A DNA stretch of 62,685 bases, filler included, from Sphacelaria rigidula (GCA_964200075.2; 7 parts of 7 records of this genome joined end to end with filler, not necessarily neighbours in it); one strand, 5' to 3'; shown: positions 11,983 through 25,682, numbered from the whole stretch's first letter. Numbers and translations are program-made. Notes: a model not told the origin generated them from the letters alone.

Positions 11983-12458
11983 CGGTGAAATATAAAAAAT
12001 GTCAAAAGATTGACCCATCAGCAAGAGCCATAAGTACACGTGTATTCATTTATCTGCCCGTGTCAATCCAACGCCTGCTAGCTGCACAGTCACCGTCGGC
12101 GGCCGTCCCGGACGAGCGCAATCAAGACATGCTGAACGCATGTCGGTCGGGAGCTACATGGCGAGACTGGGATCGAAATTGGCCACGATTACACCATGTA
12201 GCGCGGTGGTAGGAGGTCTTGGAAGTAGAACCAAGGCATTTTTTTTTCTTCCACGAACCCGAAAAAAATGGGATTTTTTTGCTGATTTTTCCAAAAACAA
12301 ATTGCTGAAAATAAATTCCGACGCACTAGTTTCGGAGAAATCTGTTGTCAGTCTTCAGTTGATCTATCGTATGACCTGGCTAATCTACTTTCATAGTTTT
12401 CGGGGGAAAAAAATGTTCGCAAAAAAAAAAACTCAACAATAATGCCCTACTACAGACA

Positions 12459-12846
12459 ATTTTCAACGTTGAGGATATAGCTTTTCCTTGAGGATGATAC
12501 CCCGGGAAAATGAAATGTCCGTATCCACACCAATTCTTCGAAATATGGTTGGATTCCTTCACCTACTAGTAGTTATTGACGACTACTACACGCCGTACAA
12601 ATTTGGATTCCGAGAAACTAAACTTTGATCTCATCACCGAACTTCCTAGAACATGCATTTTTCAAGTAGGACCCCAAGGTTTCGGTGATCGGAATCCAAA
12701 TGTGTATGACATGTACTAACCGTCAATACCTACAATAGGTGAAGAAATGCAACCATATTTCGAAGAATTGGTGTGGATACGGATGATTGAATTCTCCGCG
12801 TTATCATTCATCCTCAAGAAAAAGCTCTCTCCTCAATGTTGAAAAT
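12459..12846. mobile_element. Foldback/MITE with ~160-bp inverted arms
   Basis: tccgtatccacaccaattcttcgaaatatggttg and its reverse complement caaccatatttcgaagaattggtgtggatacgga. Outer ends attttcaac / gttgaaaat. Confidence 0.85.
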
Positions 12847-13393
12847 CAGTTGTTTTAACAACAGGAGCTGCGCGTAGAATAGGGCATGACGGCATGACAG
12901 CACCAGCCCAACAACACAAAAAGGCAAACCTTGCGTTCCATGTACATCGTGCGGTGGATGAGTGCAGGACACGGACGCTGACAACTCGTCTGGATGAACT
13001 TCACCCTTCATTCTCCGCTCGAGAATCCCGACACTCTCCACCAGACCGTACACATCCCGCTCCAACATGCCGATAGTCTCCACCACGCCCGTCAAATCTT
13101 GCACTTTATCGCGACCATCTGCACACCATCACGGCAAGGTACGGGAAAATCGAAAGGCGGGGGGTTTAGACTCCCTGTCGGACGATGTATCGAGCCATCA
13201 GCGTATGCCGATGAAGCATGGTGGACAGCGGTGATGCTGCGCTGCGATTTCGCCGCGCTCTGTTCCCTGGTTTTGTCATGTCCCGACGTGCGGGCTGCCA
13301 GGCCCCTCTACATTAGGGGGTGTTATCAATGAGGCAATGTTTCCAGCTTTTCTTTTCTTATCCCTCCTCAAAAATTGGATTTTTGCAAGATTC

Positions 13394-13617
13394 TGCACGT
13401 TATGCGTGCCACAGCGTTTCACGTTACGTTTTGGCCGAAACGTGACGTGAACGTTGAATTTCTTTCACGTGATTCACGTGGCGTAACATAACCGTTTAAT
13501 TTTCAAATGGAGCGATAACACAGCGGTAATTGTTTTCAACGTGCCAAACGAAACGTAACGTTGACGATAAATTGTCCAAACGTTCGAAGCACGTAGTATG
13601 AAACGTGTAACGTGCAT
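13394..13617. mobile_element. ACGT-rich palindromic MITE-like element
   Basis: Ends tgcacgtta / taacgtgca, with dense internal acgt/aacgtt inverted motifs. Confidence 0.55.
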
Positions 13618-13639
13618 TAGGGTTAGGGCCTAACCCTGA

Positions 13640-14630
13640 CCCTGAGGGACAACGAGGGGCCGAGAGGTGTCGACGCAACACGGACACACGGAGAATGTTG
13701 TCGGGCCGAGAGGGGAGAACGAGGACCAGCAGGATGTCGTCACTCCTGTCTGTCGGATACTGACGGAGACAACGGGGAGACGACAGGTGTCCAGGAGGTG
13801 AAGGAGAATGCTGTCGTGCCGGAGAAGGAGAGCGAGTACCAGCAGGGTGCCGTCCACTCCCGTGCGTCTCGTATTAACGGGGACATATCCCTGTGGATAT
13901 CCACTCATGCGGTGATCTGTCGGAGACATATGATGCTGTGGTTGACACTATCGTACGCGTGAAGGGGAACGTCACGTGCGCCGGGGACGAGGCGCGCGCG
14001 CTCCTGCTCTGTGCACAACACGCTACACGGAACAGTAGCGCGCGCACCTCATCCTCGGCGCACGTCCCGTCCCCCCTCACGCGTGGGGTAATGTCACCCA
14101 CACCGTCGCAGGTCTCCGACAGATCACCTCACGAGCGAAGGTATCCAAAGGGATTTGTCCCCGTCCATATCAAACGCACGGGAGTGGCCGGCACCCTGCT
14201 GGTACTCACCCCCCTCCTCTGGCATGACAGCATTCTCCTTCACCTCCTCGACACCTATCGACCCTTCCTTGTCGCCGTCAAAATCCCACGTATGGGAGAG
14301 GCCGACTTCCTACTGGTCCTCGTTCTCCTCTAGGCTTTTACTTATTATGCTAGCACGGTTTTATAAAATAGCGACCCAACATTAATTTTAAGATGAACAA
14401 ATTCTTCAAAAACCGTGCTAGCATAATAAGTAAAAGCCTACTTGCCCGACAGCATTTTCCTTACGGCCGCGTCAACACCTCTCGACCCCTCTTGTCCCCG
14501 TTAGTATACAACGTACGGAAATGGCCGACATTCTACTGGTCCTTCTCCCCCTCCGGCACGACAGCACTCTCCGTGCGATCGCGTCAACACCTCTCGACCC
14601 CTCGTTGTCCCCGTCAATATTCGACCTACC
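13640..14630. mobile_element. Foldback element with internally repetitive arms (13640-13927 inverted to 14112-14630)
   Basis: gaggtgaaggagaatgctgtcgtgcc...gagtaccagcagggtgcc...gtgatctgtcggagac is inverted as gtctccgacagatcac...ggcaccctgctggtactc...gacagcattctccttcacctc. Sub-repeats continue to ~14630. Confidence 0.8.
14333..14438. mobile_element. Small TA-TSD MITE nested in the foldback arm
   Basis: Perfect 30-bp TIR ggcttttacttattatgctagcacggtttt / aaaaccgtgctagcataataagtaaaagcc, flanked by TA on both sides. Confidence 0.92.
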
Positions 14631-16650
14631 ATGGTGGTCGACATCCTTCTCGAAGCTCCCCTCCTCTGACACAAGCTCACAGGAAGCACCTCCCAGCTGC
14701 GAAATACAAGTCACCATGACAAAACGCGGGGAACAAAGACAGCGGCTACAATTAAGAGGATACGTACGGATCGAAATGTGGATGTCGGTAGAGCACGCGC
14801 GATCTAGTTCAGTACAAAAGTTCTTGTCTTGATATATTCATTTTTTTGTCACTCCGTGAACCCTTTTCCTTCCTCGGGACCGGTCCGGAGTCGCAAGGAA
14901 TCATCTCACCGCTCCCGCGGGAACTGCGTAACAAATTGATATCGATGATTGGATCATGACGGCACTCTCGCACCGCGTCGACTGTCGTCAGTTTTCCTTT
15001 GCTACTCACGTTCTCACACATCTTCAACGGTGGAGACGAGGTTAGGCCTGAATTACACTGCTCACGTCGACTCCAACAAACTGCAGCCTTCCGTCATCAT
15101 CGTTGCCTTTTGGTGCACGAGTGAGGCCACTAGGGCGCGGATTACGGGTCAAAAAGATCCCATGACAATGAAAAAAGGTCGCTTGGAGCATATAGTGGCT
15201 TCCATAACCTTCCCGACGGGACACAACTGGGAGCTCTTCGGCTTTTGACGGTGGTGTGTACTGTGTCATGTTTCGACAAGTGGAGGGGCTCCAGAATGGC
15301 TCAAAATCGATATATCGGTTGTGATGACGAGGGGCGCACAAGATCTTTTTCGTCATCATGGGGGCAGCAAAGGCTGCAACATTCAAAATATCACGCGCTT
15401 GCTCTTCGAAACGAGCTCAGCTGTTGGAAGCAAATACCCGCCATGGTTGACTGTCGAACTTTAACTGACTATCATGATGTTGATCAATACTGCACTGCCG
15501 CAATTATTTTCGGCACTGTGGGGATCTTATACCAGCTTGGGGTTCCGCACACGACCGATGCGCCTCTCTAAACGCTGTACCGCCTTTTTTCCACGAAAAG
15601 AATCTTCCCGACTCATGAAGCTCAATTTTCCCTTCGACATCTCGAAAACTATGGTTGAACTCACCGCGATACACCGCAAGCGCTAGAAGAAACTCGAGAG
15701 AAAGGGGAAACACGGGCGACAAGATATGGCACCGTTATACACGACAGGGTCGGTACAGTGACGACACAAAACCGCACGTGTGCAGCACACCTGTCTCAGT
15801 AGGACACTCACAGCGGACAGTCAGCCACTAGCCCAGATATCGTGTTAAAAGACAACAACTCGGGGGAAAGAAGACGATGAGGTTTCTGCTGAGATTGCAT
15901 GAGCTGCTGTGGCTGCGGGATTGAGGCATGCTTCCACTTATTTCGTAATGCGTCATTTTTGAATGAGATAAAGGGTTGGCCCGAACAATTCAAACCTAAG
16001 AAATATTTCGTGTACCCCTCCCGTGGCACGACTTTTACCTTGATTTTCTCTCATTGATTTGATTATCACACTGTAACTGATCACCCGTGGGTCCAGCCGT
16101 GGTCGCACGATAAACGTACCGAAGAAAAGCAAACATGAAAAACTTGCTCGAGGAAAGGAGGAACACAAAAAAAAACTTAAAATCGGTTGTTAAAAGCAAA
16201 GCACAGGAAGAGATGGCTGATCTAAAAAACAAAGGGAGGAAAAAAAATATGGAAAAAAATAAAATAAAAAGGAAAAAGCCCAAGGGATCCAGGGCAGCGA
16301 GTAGATACAGACACACCAGTGGGCACCGCACTTTTACGTTGGAAAAGGGGCATAGCTCCAAAATAACACTTGGAGTAGCTGAGACCGTGAGCCTGTGCTG
16401 CAGCTGTCACTTCTCGACACGGCAGTTGGTTGTTCCTAGGGTGATCCATCACATGCTTTTCACCGGGTTTTATGCTAGTTACATTTACAAATGATGCTTG
16501 AGCGGTAGCATGTTGCCATGGTTGATCGGTGGTTGCCGTTCATCACTCATAATGATGGATTGGCATCTATGTATCCGAGATGAAGATGGTATTGTCAAGG
16601 TTGACACAACGGGTCGCCCCGATGGCTCAGTTGATAACCTCGATACCTTC

Positions 16651-17626
16651 CACACTCTGTTCAACTACAATAAATGGTGGTTGTTCCTCAAACAACTAAC
16701 TGTTTAGAATCGTTCGCAACTAGTTGTTTACAAACAACTAACTTTAGTCGGCTGTAGTTGGAAAAAATGAAGACGCTGTATAGTAGTGATTGGTTTGAGT
16801 GATTGATTGTCGCACTTTACTGACCCCCAGGGGTCCAGCCGTGGTCGCATGATGGACGTACCCAAGGAAGGCAAAACTGAAGCACTCGCTCAAGAAATAG
16901 TGGTGCGAACTCGTATCTGTGCAGGACAGGGAGTGGGTAAAAAAAGATGAGGCCAACATATTCATGTATGCTGTGGGATGCAAAGCAAAGGCATACGTCA
17001 TTCGGGGCGCGAGCATGACACATTCAAGGTTTAGGCTTTACTACTGTTTCATGTCTGCATCACGTTCAACTGGCTTGATCAACTGCGGTTCCCCTCCGAC
17101 ATCGAAACACCAACACGTTTGCTGGCCACCATCTGCTGCTGGTGCTCGTGTAGGGGCGGCTGATGACAAAGCTGGCATTTGGTATGCTTGGTCTCTCGTG
17201 TCCGTGTGTGAGTGCGTGGGGTGCTCACATATTCATGGGTCACCTCGATCTCAGCTAACGGTCTAATTGTAATTGTTCTACGATATCGACAATTATCTGG
17301 GCCACCAAACAACTACCTGTTCAGAATCGTGTGCAACTAGTTGTTCTCAAACAACTAACTGTTCAGAATCGTGCGCACTTACTTGCTCCCAAACAACTAC
17401 TGTTCCAAAATCTTGCGCAGTTACTTGCTTCTAAACAACTACTGTTGTGAAATCGTACGCAACTATTTTTTTCTAAACAAGTACTCTTTCAGAATCGTGT
17501 GCAACTGGCTGTTTCCGAACAACTAGTCTCCCAGAATCGTGCGTAACTAGTTTTTTGGAAACAACTAGCCGATAGTTGGTCGACAAACACCCAACTTCGT
17601 CGTCAGTCATAGTTGTAGAGGGTGTG
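16651..17626. mobile_element. Non-autonomous DNA transposon (8-bp TSD) inserted into the head of a family-1 SINE
   Basis: TIR cacactctgttcaacta / tagttgtagagggtgtg and TSD ataccttc / aaaccttc. The SINE A box (16613-16650) and B box (gggttcgaatc, ~17650) lie on either side. Confidence 0.85.
17307..17568. repeat. ~42-bp tandem minisatellite (~6 copies) inside the transposon; 1-2 more units at 16690-16745
   Basis: Unit aaacaactacctgttcagaatcgtgtgcaactagttgttctc, head-to-tail with no unique spacers. Confidence 0.88.
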
Positions 17627-20104
17627 AAACCTTCCGATCGTTGAGTCGTGGGTTCGAATCTCGGTGAAGTCGCACGATCTGGGATCTTTTCTTACACCAT
17701 GCCCAATGGTGGAGAGCGATGATGTCGGGGATGCACAAAATGCGACCTCACGTGTGACGAGGGAAACGGACCGCTAAAAACAGTGTTTTTGTGATATTGA
17801 GAGTAGATGATACGATTGAGAGTGGCTTTGATCATTCGCTNNNNNNNNNNNNNNNNNNNNNNNNNNNNNNNNNNNNNNNNNNNNTTAATTAATTAANNNN
17901 NNNNNNNNNNNNNNNNNNNNNNNNNNNNNNNNNNNNNNNNGTAATCAGGCCGAAGAAATCGTGAATTTGGTGATTTTGAGTCGTGATGATTTGTCCTAAC
18001 CGTCAAAAATATACACACAGTAAATAAATGCGGATCCGACCTCTCACGACGCGTTTCAGCGCACGAGGTGGGGTCTAGTGCTAGTGGTATAATGATCATT
18101 TCGGAATAGTTTTTGCAATAAATATATATATATATATATATATACTTCCCCCCAAAAGTAGCTTTCACCAAGCTATTTTGGTGAAAAAAAATATATATGT
18201 TTGAGGAAATCGCAAAAAAAAAAAGTGGTCCTCAACAACGGTGAGGCACGAGACACGGTACCCTATGAAGGTTTCAAAATTTTCACCAGCGTGCCCGAGA
18301 CACATCGTGGCAAGATGGAACACGTTCCAAGAAATATATTAGGAGAGCATGATGAAATGCGTGAACGTCTGGCTCCCGCAGAAGTTCGAGGCAAAATCTG
18401 AGAAGAATTATGTCGGCCGAGCCATTCACATCATGGGAACAAGCTCTTGTGGTTACCTGCGCGGTCATGCCAACCGCTTATGTTATAGGTGTACAAGGAT
18501 TTCGGCGGCTTTCGCCGCCACGCTCTGGGGATAGAATTCCAAGATGCCTGAGCACCGGTGATGGTTACGGGCGTTGCATCATGGCAAATGGCATCATTTG
18601 AATGGAGAAAGCCGTAGCTGCTCATCAGCTGAGCACGTTGTGCGTGCCCTTGCACAAATATTTTCAGAGTTCATTGGGTAGCGATGTTTTGTGTGAGACG
18701 CGCGCACAGCACACGCGCAAAAGAGGCCAGCACCCGTTCAAATGATCGGAAGCAGATTTGAAAAAAAAGTAGTGACCGTTGGTGCTTCTCATAGTCCTCT
18801 CCCGCAGATGTCAGCGCGGTACAGAACAGCAAACCCGAAGCGCGCATTTGAACCAGTTTCGACTGCGGGCCACAAAGTGCCCTCCGGGGCAAGTGGGGGG
18901 TAAAATGATACTACAATGACCCGGCGGGCCGTTTCGGACATGATGCCGATTCAAGTTCAAAGGTGAAAATGATTCCGATCAAAATGTGTAAAAACGACCC
19001 GGCTCACCGTTTCAGACACACAATGTTTCGAATTCAGAATCAAAATGATGTTCATCAAATATCGATACAAAAGAGGGTTGCGCAGAAGGGCAGACGAGCA
19101 AATAAGATATATGATGCCTGCGAGATCAAACCACGCTCAAGATCTAACGCACATGCAAAAAACACAGCGCAGAAAACGAAGTGTACTCTGAATCCAAACA
19201 GAAATGGAACGCGTCCTAATGCCCAGTAACGTGCCAGAGCGAAGAGGATCAGCGAAGGAGATGTGCTCGAAGATGACGCTGATCAAAAAAGCGTACAAAC
19301 GACCAGGCTGACCGTTTCAGACGTGATGCCGATTCGGAATCAAAATTAAAATGATGCCGATTACAGAATGATGATGAAAAATGAGCAGCGGCAGCAGCAG
19401 AACAGAAACAGCAAAAGAGGACGAGATATGCGAGCGAGATCAAAATACCCTCACGGTTCACCAACGCCCGTGCAGGACACCGCACGGAGAGCAAATGTAT
19501 TCCAAAACACAAGCAGAAACAAAAAGCAACCAAATGTCCAGCGTAATGCATGAGAGGATAGGAACAGCGGAGACAAAAAACTCGAAAATGACTACTCGAA
19601 AATGACCGACATATGATTCATCTCACCAAACGTCAAATCGGACGTACGAAATGGTCGGAACGGGCGCTCGGCTCATCTCGGAAAAGTACAGCAACACTTT
19701 TCGAGGTGTCACAATCCGCAAAGCCTCGAGCTACTGATACTGTACTTCGGGGGAAATTGACGCTCAACCGCCCAAAACAAATATGCATTAGTACGACGTA
19801 CGGATTTTTGGACCAACGGTCTTCATAAAATACCCCTCATGAAATTTAATTTGAATTTTCGCGCAACGGTTTTGCGCCCGTTCGTGCCGCGCATCAACTA
19901 TATGCCTATACAGTAAGTAGTTCTTATATATTACGAGTGTTTCTTCAGTGCCAAAATACGATGCACATCCCGTAACAGCACCCATCACGTACACAAGTAG
20001 AAATTCCGCAAAGCATTCGCTCCATCTTGAGAGGAAAATTCACGCCAGATATTGTCACGAGGGTTAACAGTAGATCGATCTACTGTATCTATTGCCCAGG
20101 TTAA

Positions 20105-21700
20105 ACTTTTGACCGCGAGCATAGATAGGTAGGTCATATATTTAACTAGCATCGTTTTTACTTGATAAGTGAATGGATAGAACAATACGTTCGTGGGATT
20201 AGAAAATGATTTTTTTCGGGGCATAAGGTTTTTCGTTATTTACATCAAGACGGTCGAATCGTCCGAAACGGCCGTCACCCTACCGAAAGCCCGATATCTG
20301 ACGGTAATTATGGTGCAAAAATATTCGAAATCGACGAGGTCAGTACAGAACTACAAGGAAGAATTTGTCCAAATAAAGATGAAAACAAACTCACATTTTC
20401 AGCCGTATCTCATGGAAAGCGTCACCGATTTTAAATCTGATTGCGCTGAATTCCCGTCAGATCACGGGTTTTCAGGGAGGGTGACCGCCGTTTCGGACGA
20501 TAAGACCGCCTGGGTGTTACTAACGAAAACCCCTCCCGTTCCGAAAACAAGATCCGTTCTAATCTCGCGAACATGCTGTTAGAGCCACATGACTTACCCT
20601 CGCGGTCAAAGGGATAAGCGAATCCGTTCAAGCTATGGTTCGTGGCTGAACTTTTCGTATATCGAACGGTATGCCCCCATTTGTTCGGCACCAAATCACA
20701 GCTGCCTAGGGGTATTCTGAGCTGTGTTTGCCCTTCGTGACGCAGAAAAAGACTGGTGGTTTACATCATTTAATTCAACGCGACATATTTCATTCTCTGG
20801 CAATTTAGATGTTTGAAAATAGTACACCACTACTACACTATTTGCATCTGCGTGTGTACTGCAGCACTATGCCGTTTTCCCTTCATCTTACTTAACGGTT
20901 CCTGTGTAATGATCAAGGGTTACTCGGTGCGCTCAGATACAAATGTGGGTATATCTTGTGCTGGTGCATGTGTCACGTTAATAATACGAAATATCCTAAC
21001 CCTTTGACCGCCACCATATATAGGTAATATGTTGAACTGTATATGGTCCAGATGATCTACTCTGGCGGTCAATGGGTTGACCTTTAGACCGCGAGGGTAG
21101 GCCATTTATTAGATCGGCATCATATACACCTAAAAGAATGAGGTGGATGGCGCTGACTCAACAGACCGCGTACGCTCGCGGTCGAAGACTCAACAGGTGA
21201 CTGCGACGGTAGTCCATCGGCATCACTCATAGTATTTCAGGTGATATTGATACCCATCGACTCTCGCTTTGGCTGGTGATCGTGGCTCTCGAGTTTGGTT
21301 CCCTTCCTGTTTGGCCTCGCGCGTTGAATGGATCAATGGGCCCTGCCTCCTGTAGCCCGAATGGTCGCATACGGCATCGGAACTTAGAGGGCTAGCAGTA
21401 TTTATTTTTCCTTCCTCTTCCTCTTCCTCTTCCTCTTCCTCTTCCTCGTTGTCTTTAGTATATATATATATATATATATTTTATTGCGAATGTCTGATTT
21501 TTTCCTGGGTCCGATTGTATTTTATGACTTTATTTCACACTAGCTTGGGGTAGTCAGCCTGTCACCACGTCGGCATCGGAACGGGTATAAATGTGAAGAC
21601 AACGACGACAACAACGACGACATTCAACAGATAACCTACTGTCGCCGTCAAAGGGTTGAACGTTTGACGGCGACGGTAGTTCATCCTGGGTCATATACAG
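20105..21700. mobile_element. Cluster of piggyBac-like MITEs (20105-20613, 21000-21076, 21081-~21190, one ending 21655, another starting ~21660)
   Basis: Termini ccct(t)tgaccgc / gcggtcaaaggg bounded by TTAA-like tetranucleotides (ttaa, ctaa, ttga, ataa). Confidence 0.7.
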
Positions 21701-23006
21701 CCATACACAGTGGCACAACAGATGGGCGACTTAAATAATGTGCAGAAGAAATCGTTATCAACGCGTACGGCATCGCGCACTCCCGCCGTCCACGGCAATC
21801 CGACTATGGGAAAGCCGAGAAGCGAAATATTCTCTGGACCAGTTCACAAGTTTGACCCGCTCAATCTGTAGAGAAAAATACAGGTACATACAATCAACGC
21901 TCATGATGTTACTGTAGAAAATAGCCCAGTAGTGACTCACATTTCGGGAAGAGGTCAAACCGTACGACTCCAAAAAGAAAGCATCGAGGCATAAAAAAAT
22001 GGTATACACTTGAAGTACAGGCGCCCGAAGATATCAAGGCCTGCGGTTGAGCGCTCAGCCGGAGCGATCTCAGTCAAGGCAAATTTACTAGCGGCGGTAT
22101 CCAAGGAAGTCATGATGATGCGACTGACGTCGCAACGCTCAGCGAGAGGGGCGTCGCAGCCATAGCAATACATATATATATATATATATCAGCAGCATGG
22201 GTCCTAATCCAGTAGACCTTCAGCTTTGGTCGTATATCTAAATACGGTTGACAACATGGCTACTTGATTTTATACTTGAGAAAGTTCTGAGAAAAGTTAT
22301 GGTTTGGGGCAGGTGAGCAGTCGACCTAGCTCGTCCAGAAGGCGTTTTTGTCGAAATTGGCGCCAGCGGCGTCAATTTCAGGTCTGCCAATGCGCACTTT
22401 GCCCAGGGGAACCAATGCATCCCCCTTACCCGATGGTCTCGTACGCCTCGGGTCGGGGTTAGGGTTAGGGATTTAGCGTTACTGTACGCTTGTTCCAAAA
22501 AAGTAACCATAGATATACGACCAGAACTTTAGCTCGCCTCTCCTGATCGTTTTGAGTGAACAGTCGATAATTGCCAGGAATAATCCACCTGCGGATTTTC
22601 ATGCTGACTCTCACTTGCTTGTCATGGCACACGACACTCGGATGCACGGGGCACGTTCGCGTTACGGCGCGACACGCGGTGAGCTCCAGCAAAACGAAAT
22701 ACAGCACAAAGGACGCATGTTGGGTAGTGGTGGAGAAATAGATAGGTAGGTGTGGCCAACAGCGAGAGAGGTGCTGTGCCGACGGCCGAGAAGGAGACTA
22801 GAGTGAGGCTGAAAGACAAAACGAACAACTTCCCGTGAAGTCCGTAGAAAGGAGACGGAAGAAAAACCTGGGGTGTGGTTGATCACAAAGAAAGTTCCTG
22901 GATGAAATACTGCGTTGCCGTGCGTCGCAGTGCAGGGAAATGCCGCGCTGTGGTGCATTGCAAAATGATATCTGTGTGCAAAGAAGCCGTTCAAACAGAA
23001 TCTTCA

Positions 23007-23268
23007 CCCTTTGACCATCCTCCCAGAAACATGGGGTTTGCACGCAGGGGTTTTCTTGTGAATCGACATCATCTTTACTTGAAAACGACTGAAAATGATG
23101 TCAATCCACAAAAAGGCCCTTGAGTGAAAACCCGATGTTTCTGGGAGTCCGGTCAAGAAAGGGTTAACCCTTAGACCGTGATGCGGGTAGTCCGTCTGGA
23201 TCATGCATATTTTTTTCAAGCGAAGTTGATGCCGATTCGGCAAGTGACCTAACCTCGCGGTCAAAGGG
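23007..23268. mobile_element. Two piggyBac-like MITEs sharing one TTAA (23007-23163, TTAA 23164-23167, 23168-23268)
   Basis: ccctttgacc...aagaaaggg TTAA cccttagacc...ggtcaaaggg. The second element recurs in reverse at 51072-51169. Confidence 0.8.
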
Positions 23269-23941
23269 TAAGTGGCGAATAAGAATAAATATTGACCGAA
23301 GGGATCGCTTCCCCAACGGTAACGGGCAGCAAGGTAGACAACGACGGCAAGAGAAAATAAATAAAAAGGACAACAACCGAAGCAGCGCTATGTTTTCAGT
23401 TTGTGTGGGTGGATTACGTGAATGGTTGATCGATGGACAGTACATGGTTAAGAATGAATACATATTTGATCCAGCCGCGGTCACGATGCAGCGGTTCACA
23501 CGAACCATGGTAAACGGTCCAGACAAATCGCTAAAGGAAATTCGGTGAAAGGGGGAAAATGAAAAAAAAAAACGCTACTGGCCTCCCCCAAGAGGGACTC
23601 GAAAAGGGTCTCGAAAGGGATGCGTGGTCAATGGTCGAACAACTAAGGCAAGCAACAAATGAGTACGCCCCCCCCCCCTCCAAGAGGGGCTTGACAGCCA
23701 ACCTAACGAGAAAGTACGAGAAAAAAAGAAAGAGACCGGTGCTGAGTAGCGGGGATTGGTTTCTCAAAGGGCGAAACGTAAAATAAACAAGCTGAGAAAA
23801 CAACCAAAAAAAGGGTAAATCGAAGTAAATAGACGGCGTTGTACGTATTTACTTCAGTGAGCATGGGTTCGCCCGCAAAAAATCATATCTGTATGACAAA
23901 TAAAGAGAGTAACTAGATACAAGATCCCTTCACCCACTCAC

Positions 23942-24061
23942 CTCTGCGAACACCTGGGGCAAGAGCCCGTCCTTGGCCATGGCGAACAGCAGTCTCGGCT
24001 GTGCCATGAAGGACACGAGGACCACGAGAGGCAGCGTCACCAGTTCCCCAATGGCCGTGAT
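23942..24061 (-). CDS. Internal exon of a cationic amino-acid transporter (APC superfamily, CAT family)
   Basis: caag|ATC...GCA GAG|gtgagt, 40 codons: ITAIGELVTLPLVVLVSFMAQPRLLFAMAKDGLLPQVFAE. This contains the CAT/APC motif PR...AMA.DGLLP..F. Confidence 0.9.
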
Positions 24062-24514
24062 CTTGCAGTGCAGGGCAAAGAGAAACAATCGGAATACGTT
24101 CGCAAGAAGTTTACCACAGAGCATAGGACTACGGATATACAGTAGTCAGCGTCAGAAGCATGCAGAATTCGTAATTTCTTCGTTTCCCAAACATTTTCCA
24201 AATTTGTTTCGCTTGCCACCGCTCATCACAGTGACTGTTGGATGCCAAAAAATGAGCATCTGAAGATATTTTGATCCTCTCGACAAATATTGAAAGAAGA
24301 AATGTCTGCGATCAATATTGAGAGACTTACGGGCTTGATCGATCTTCGGGGGTCCTGCAAAAGTGCAACCCCAGGTTCTAGCTTTTCGGTATTTTCGGTG
24401 GACCGACTCGATCCTGATCATATGAAAGAAGACTCAAAAATGATTTTTTTCATGTCATTTCATCTGTTCACTGCGCTAGAGCCGGTAAACTACGTTTCTT
24501 GGGTCATTCACGAT

Positions 24515-25050
24515 CAATAACACCCTCCTGATAAACAGGGTATCTAGTCTGTACCGCCCCCACAACACCAACTTGGACATTGTGATTCGAGCAGGGTCTA
24601 CTTACTTGGCCAAAACTATCGACACTAGCACTTCCGAGTGCTCATGGAAAATGTTATGCGAAAAAAACCCGAGAGGAAGCCATCCTCAGAAAATGCTTGA
24701 CTGAGGTCTGTGCGGTATAGGAGGGAAACACGATCTCGATCGTTATTGTGAAGAATTGTATACGTATTCATTCATCTGAATATTTACCGTTTCGTTGCGG
24801 AAGAGCCGGAAAGCTGTTTATATTGGACCAAAAACGGTCAACAACATCCTCCTGATAAACGGGGTATCTAGTCCGTATCGCCCCACAAACACCAACTTGG
24901 GCACTGCAATTTGAGCGCGGCCTACGCCTTCCCCCTGAATCTACCGGCGCTAGCACGTTCAAGTAGTAATGAAGAATAGTACTTGAGAAAAACTCAAAAA
25001 CTTCAACAAGTACGAATTCTGAAAACTTCTGATGCTGACTACTATATCTC
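24515..25050. repeat. Diverged direct repeat pair (~24515-24700 and ~24840-25050)
   Basis: cctcctgataaac.gggtatctagtc.gta.cgcccc...acaccaacttgg occurs twice. Confidence 0.75.
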
Positions 25051-25426
25051 CTAGTATCTGAAGTGAGTACGCCGGAACATTCCCTGTGGTGGTTATTTTC
25101 CAGCACATGAGACAACTTGAGCCCCTGGTAGTCCATGGGTATTCGGTAACGCAATCAAATAGTCAGGAAACTCGGGTACCCCGAGGTACGGTACCCTACC
25201 CTCATTACCTTTGAAATTTTCATGAAGATACCCGAGATATCCTGAAGGTACTAGGTACTCCAAATACCCTAAGAACGCGGGTACCCTCAGCCACGGTACC
25301 CTAGATGGAGGCCTCACATACGGTGTGGAAACTTTTGGGGAAAATAAGGATGAAAAACACACACACACATTATAATACTACGTACGAGCTGGGCCACCCT
25401 AGAGGCGGATTTGAAAGTTGCAGGCC

Positions 25427-25682
25427 CATGCGCCGGCAAATATTTAGAGTTGGAGAGTAAAATTTGGTACTCGTATGGACAATGCATAGAGAAAAAAAAT
25501 CGTCATTACGAACAGTTTTCTTCTCTTCATGAGTTGAGGGCATTTAACTGATACCTGATAACTTATTATTGCCCTTCACTCATGAAAAAAAAAAAGCTTG
25601 TGGTACCGATGTAATTTTTTTTGCCCTATACACTGTCCATACCAAATTTTACCCTCCAACTCTAAATATTGGCCGGCGCATT
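25427..25682. mobile_element. MITE with ~60-bp or longer TIRs
   Basis: atgcgccggcaaatatttagagttggagagtaaaatttggta versus taccaaattttaccctccaactctaaatattggccggcgcat. Confidence 0.82.

Noticed and set aside
15030-15930. Coding-like fragments, including a possible exon near 15812-15912 (minus)
   Set aside because: Frames are interrupted or carry no identifiable motif, so support is insufficient.
17307-17568. CRISPR-like regular repeat
   Set aside because: The units are contiguous with no unique spacers, there are no cas genes, and the array lies inside a eukaryotic TIR element.
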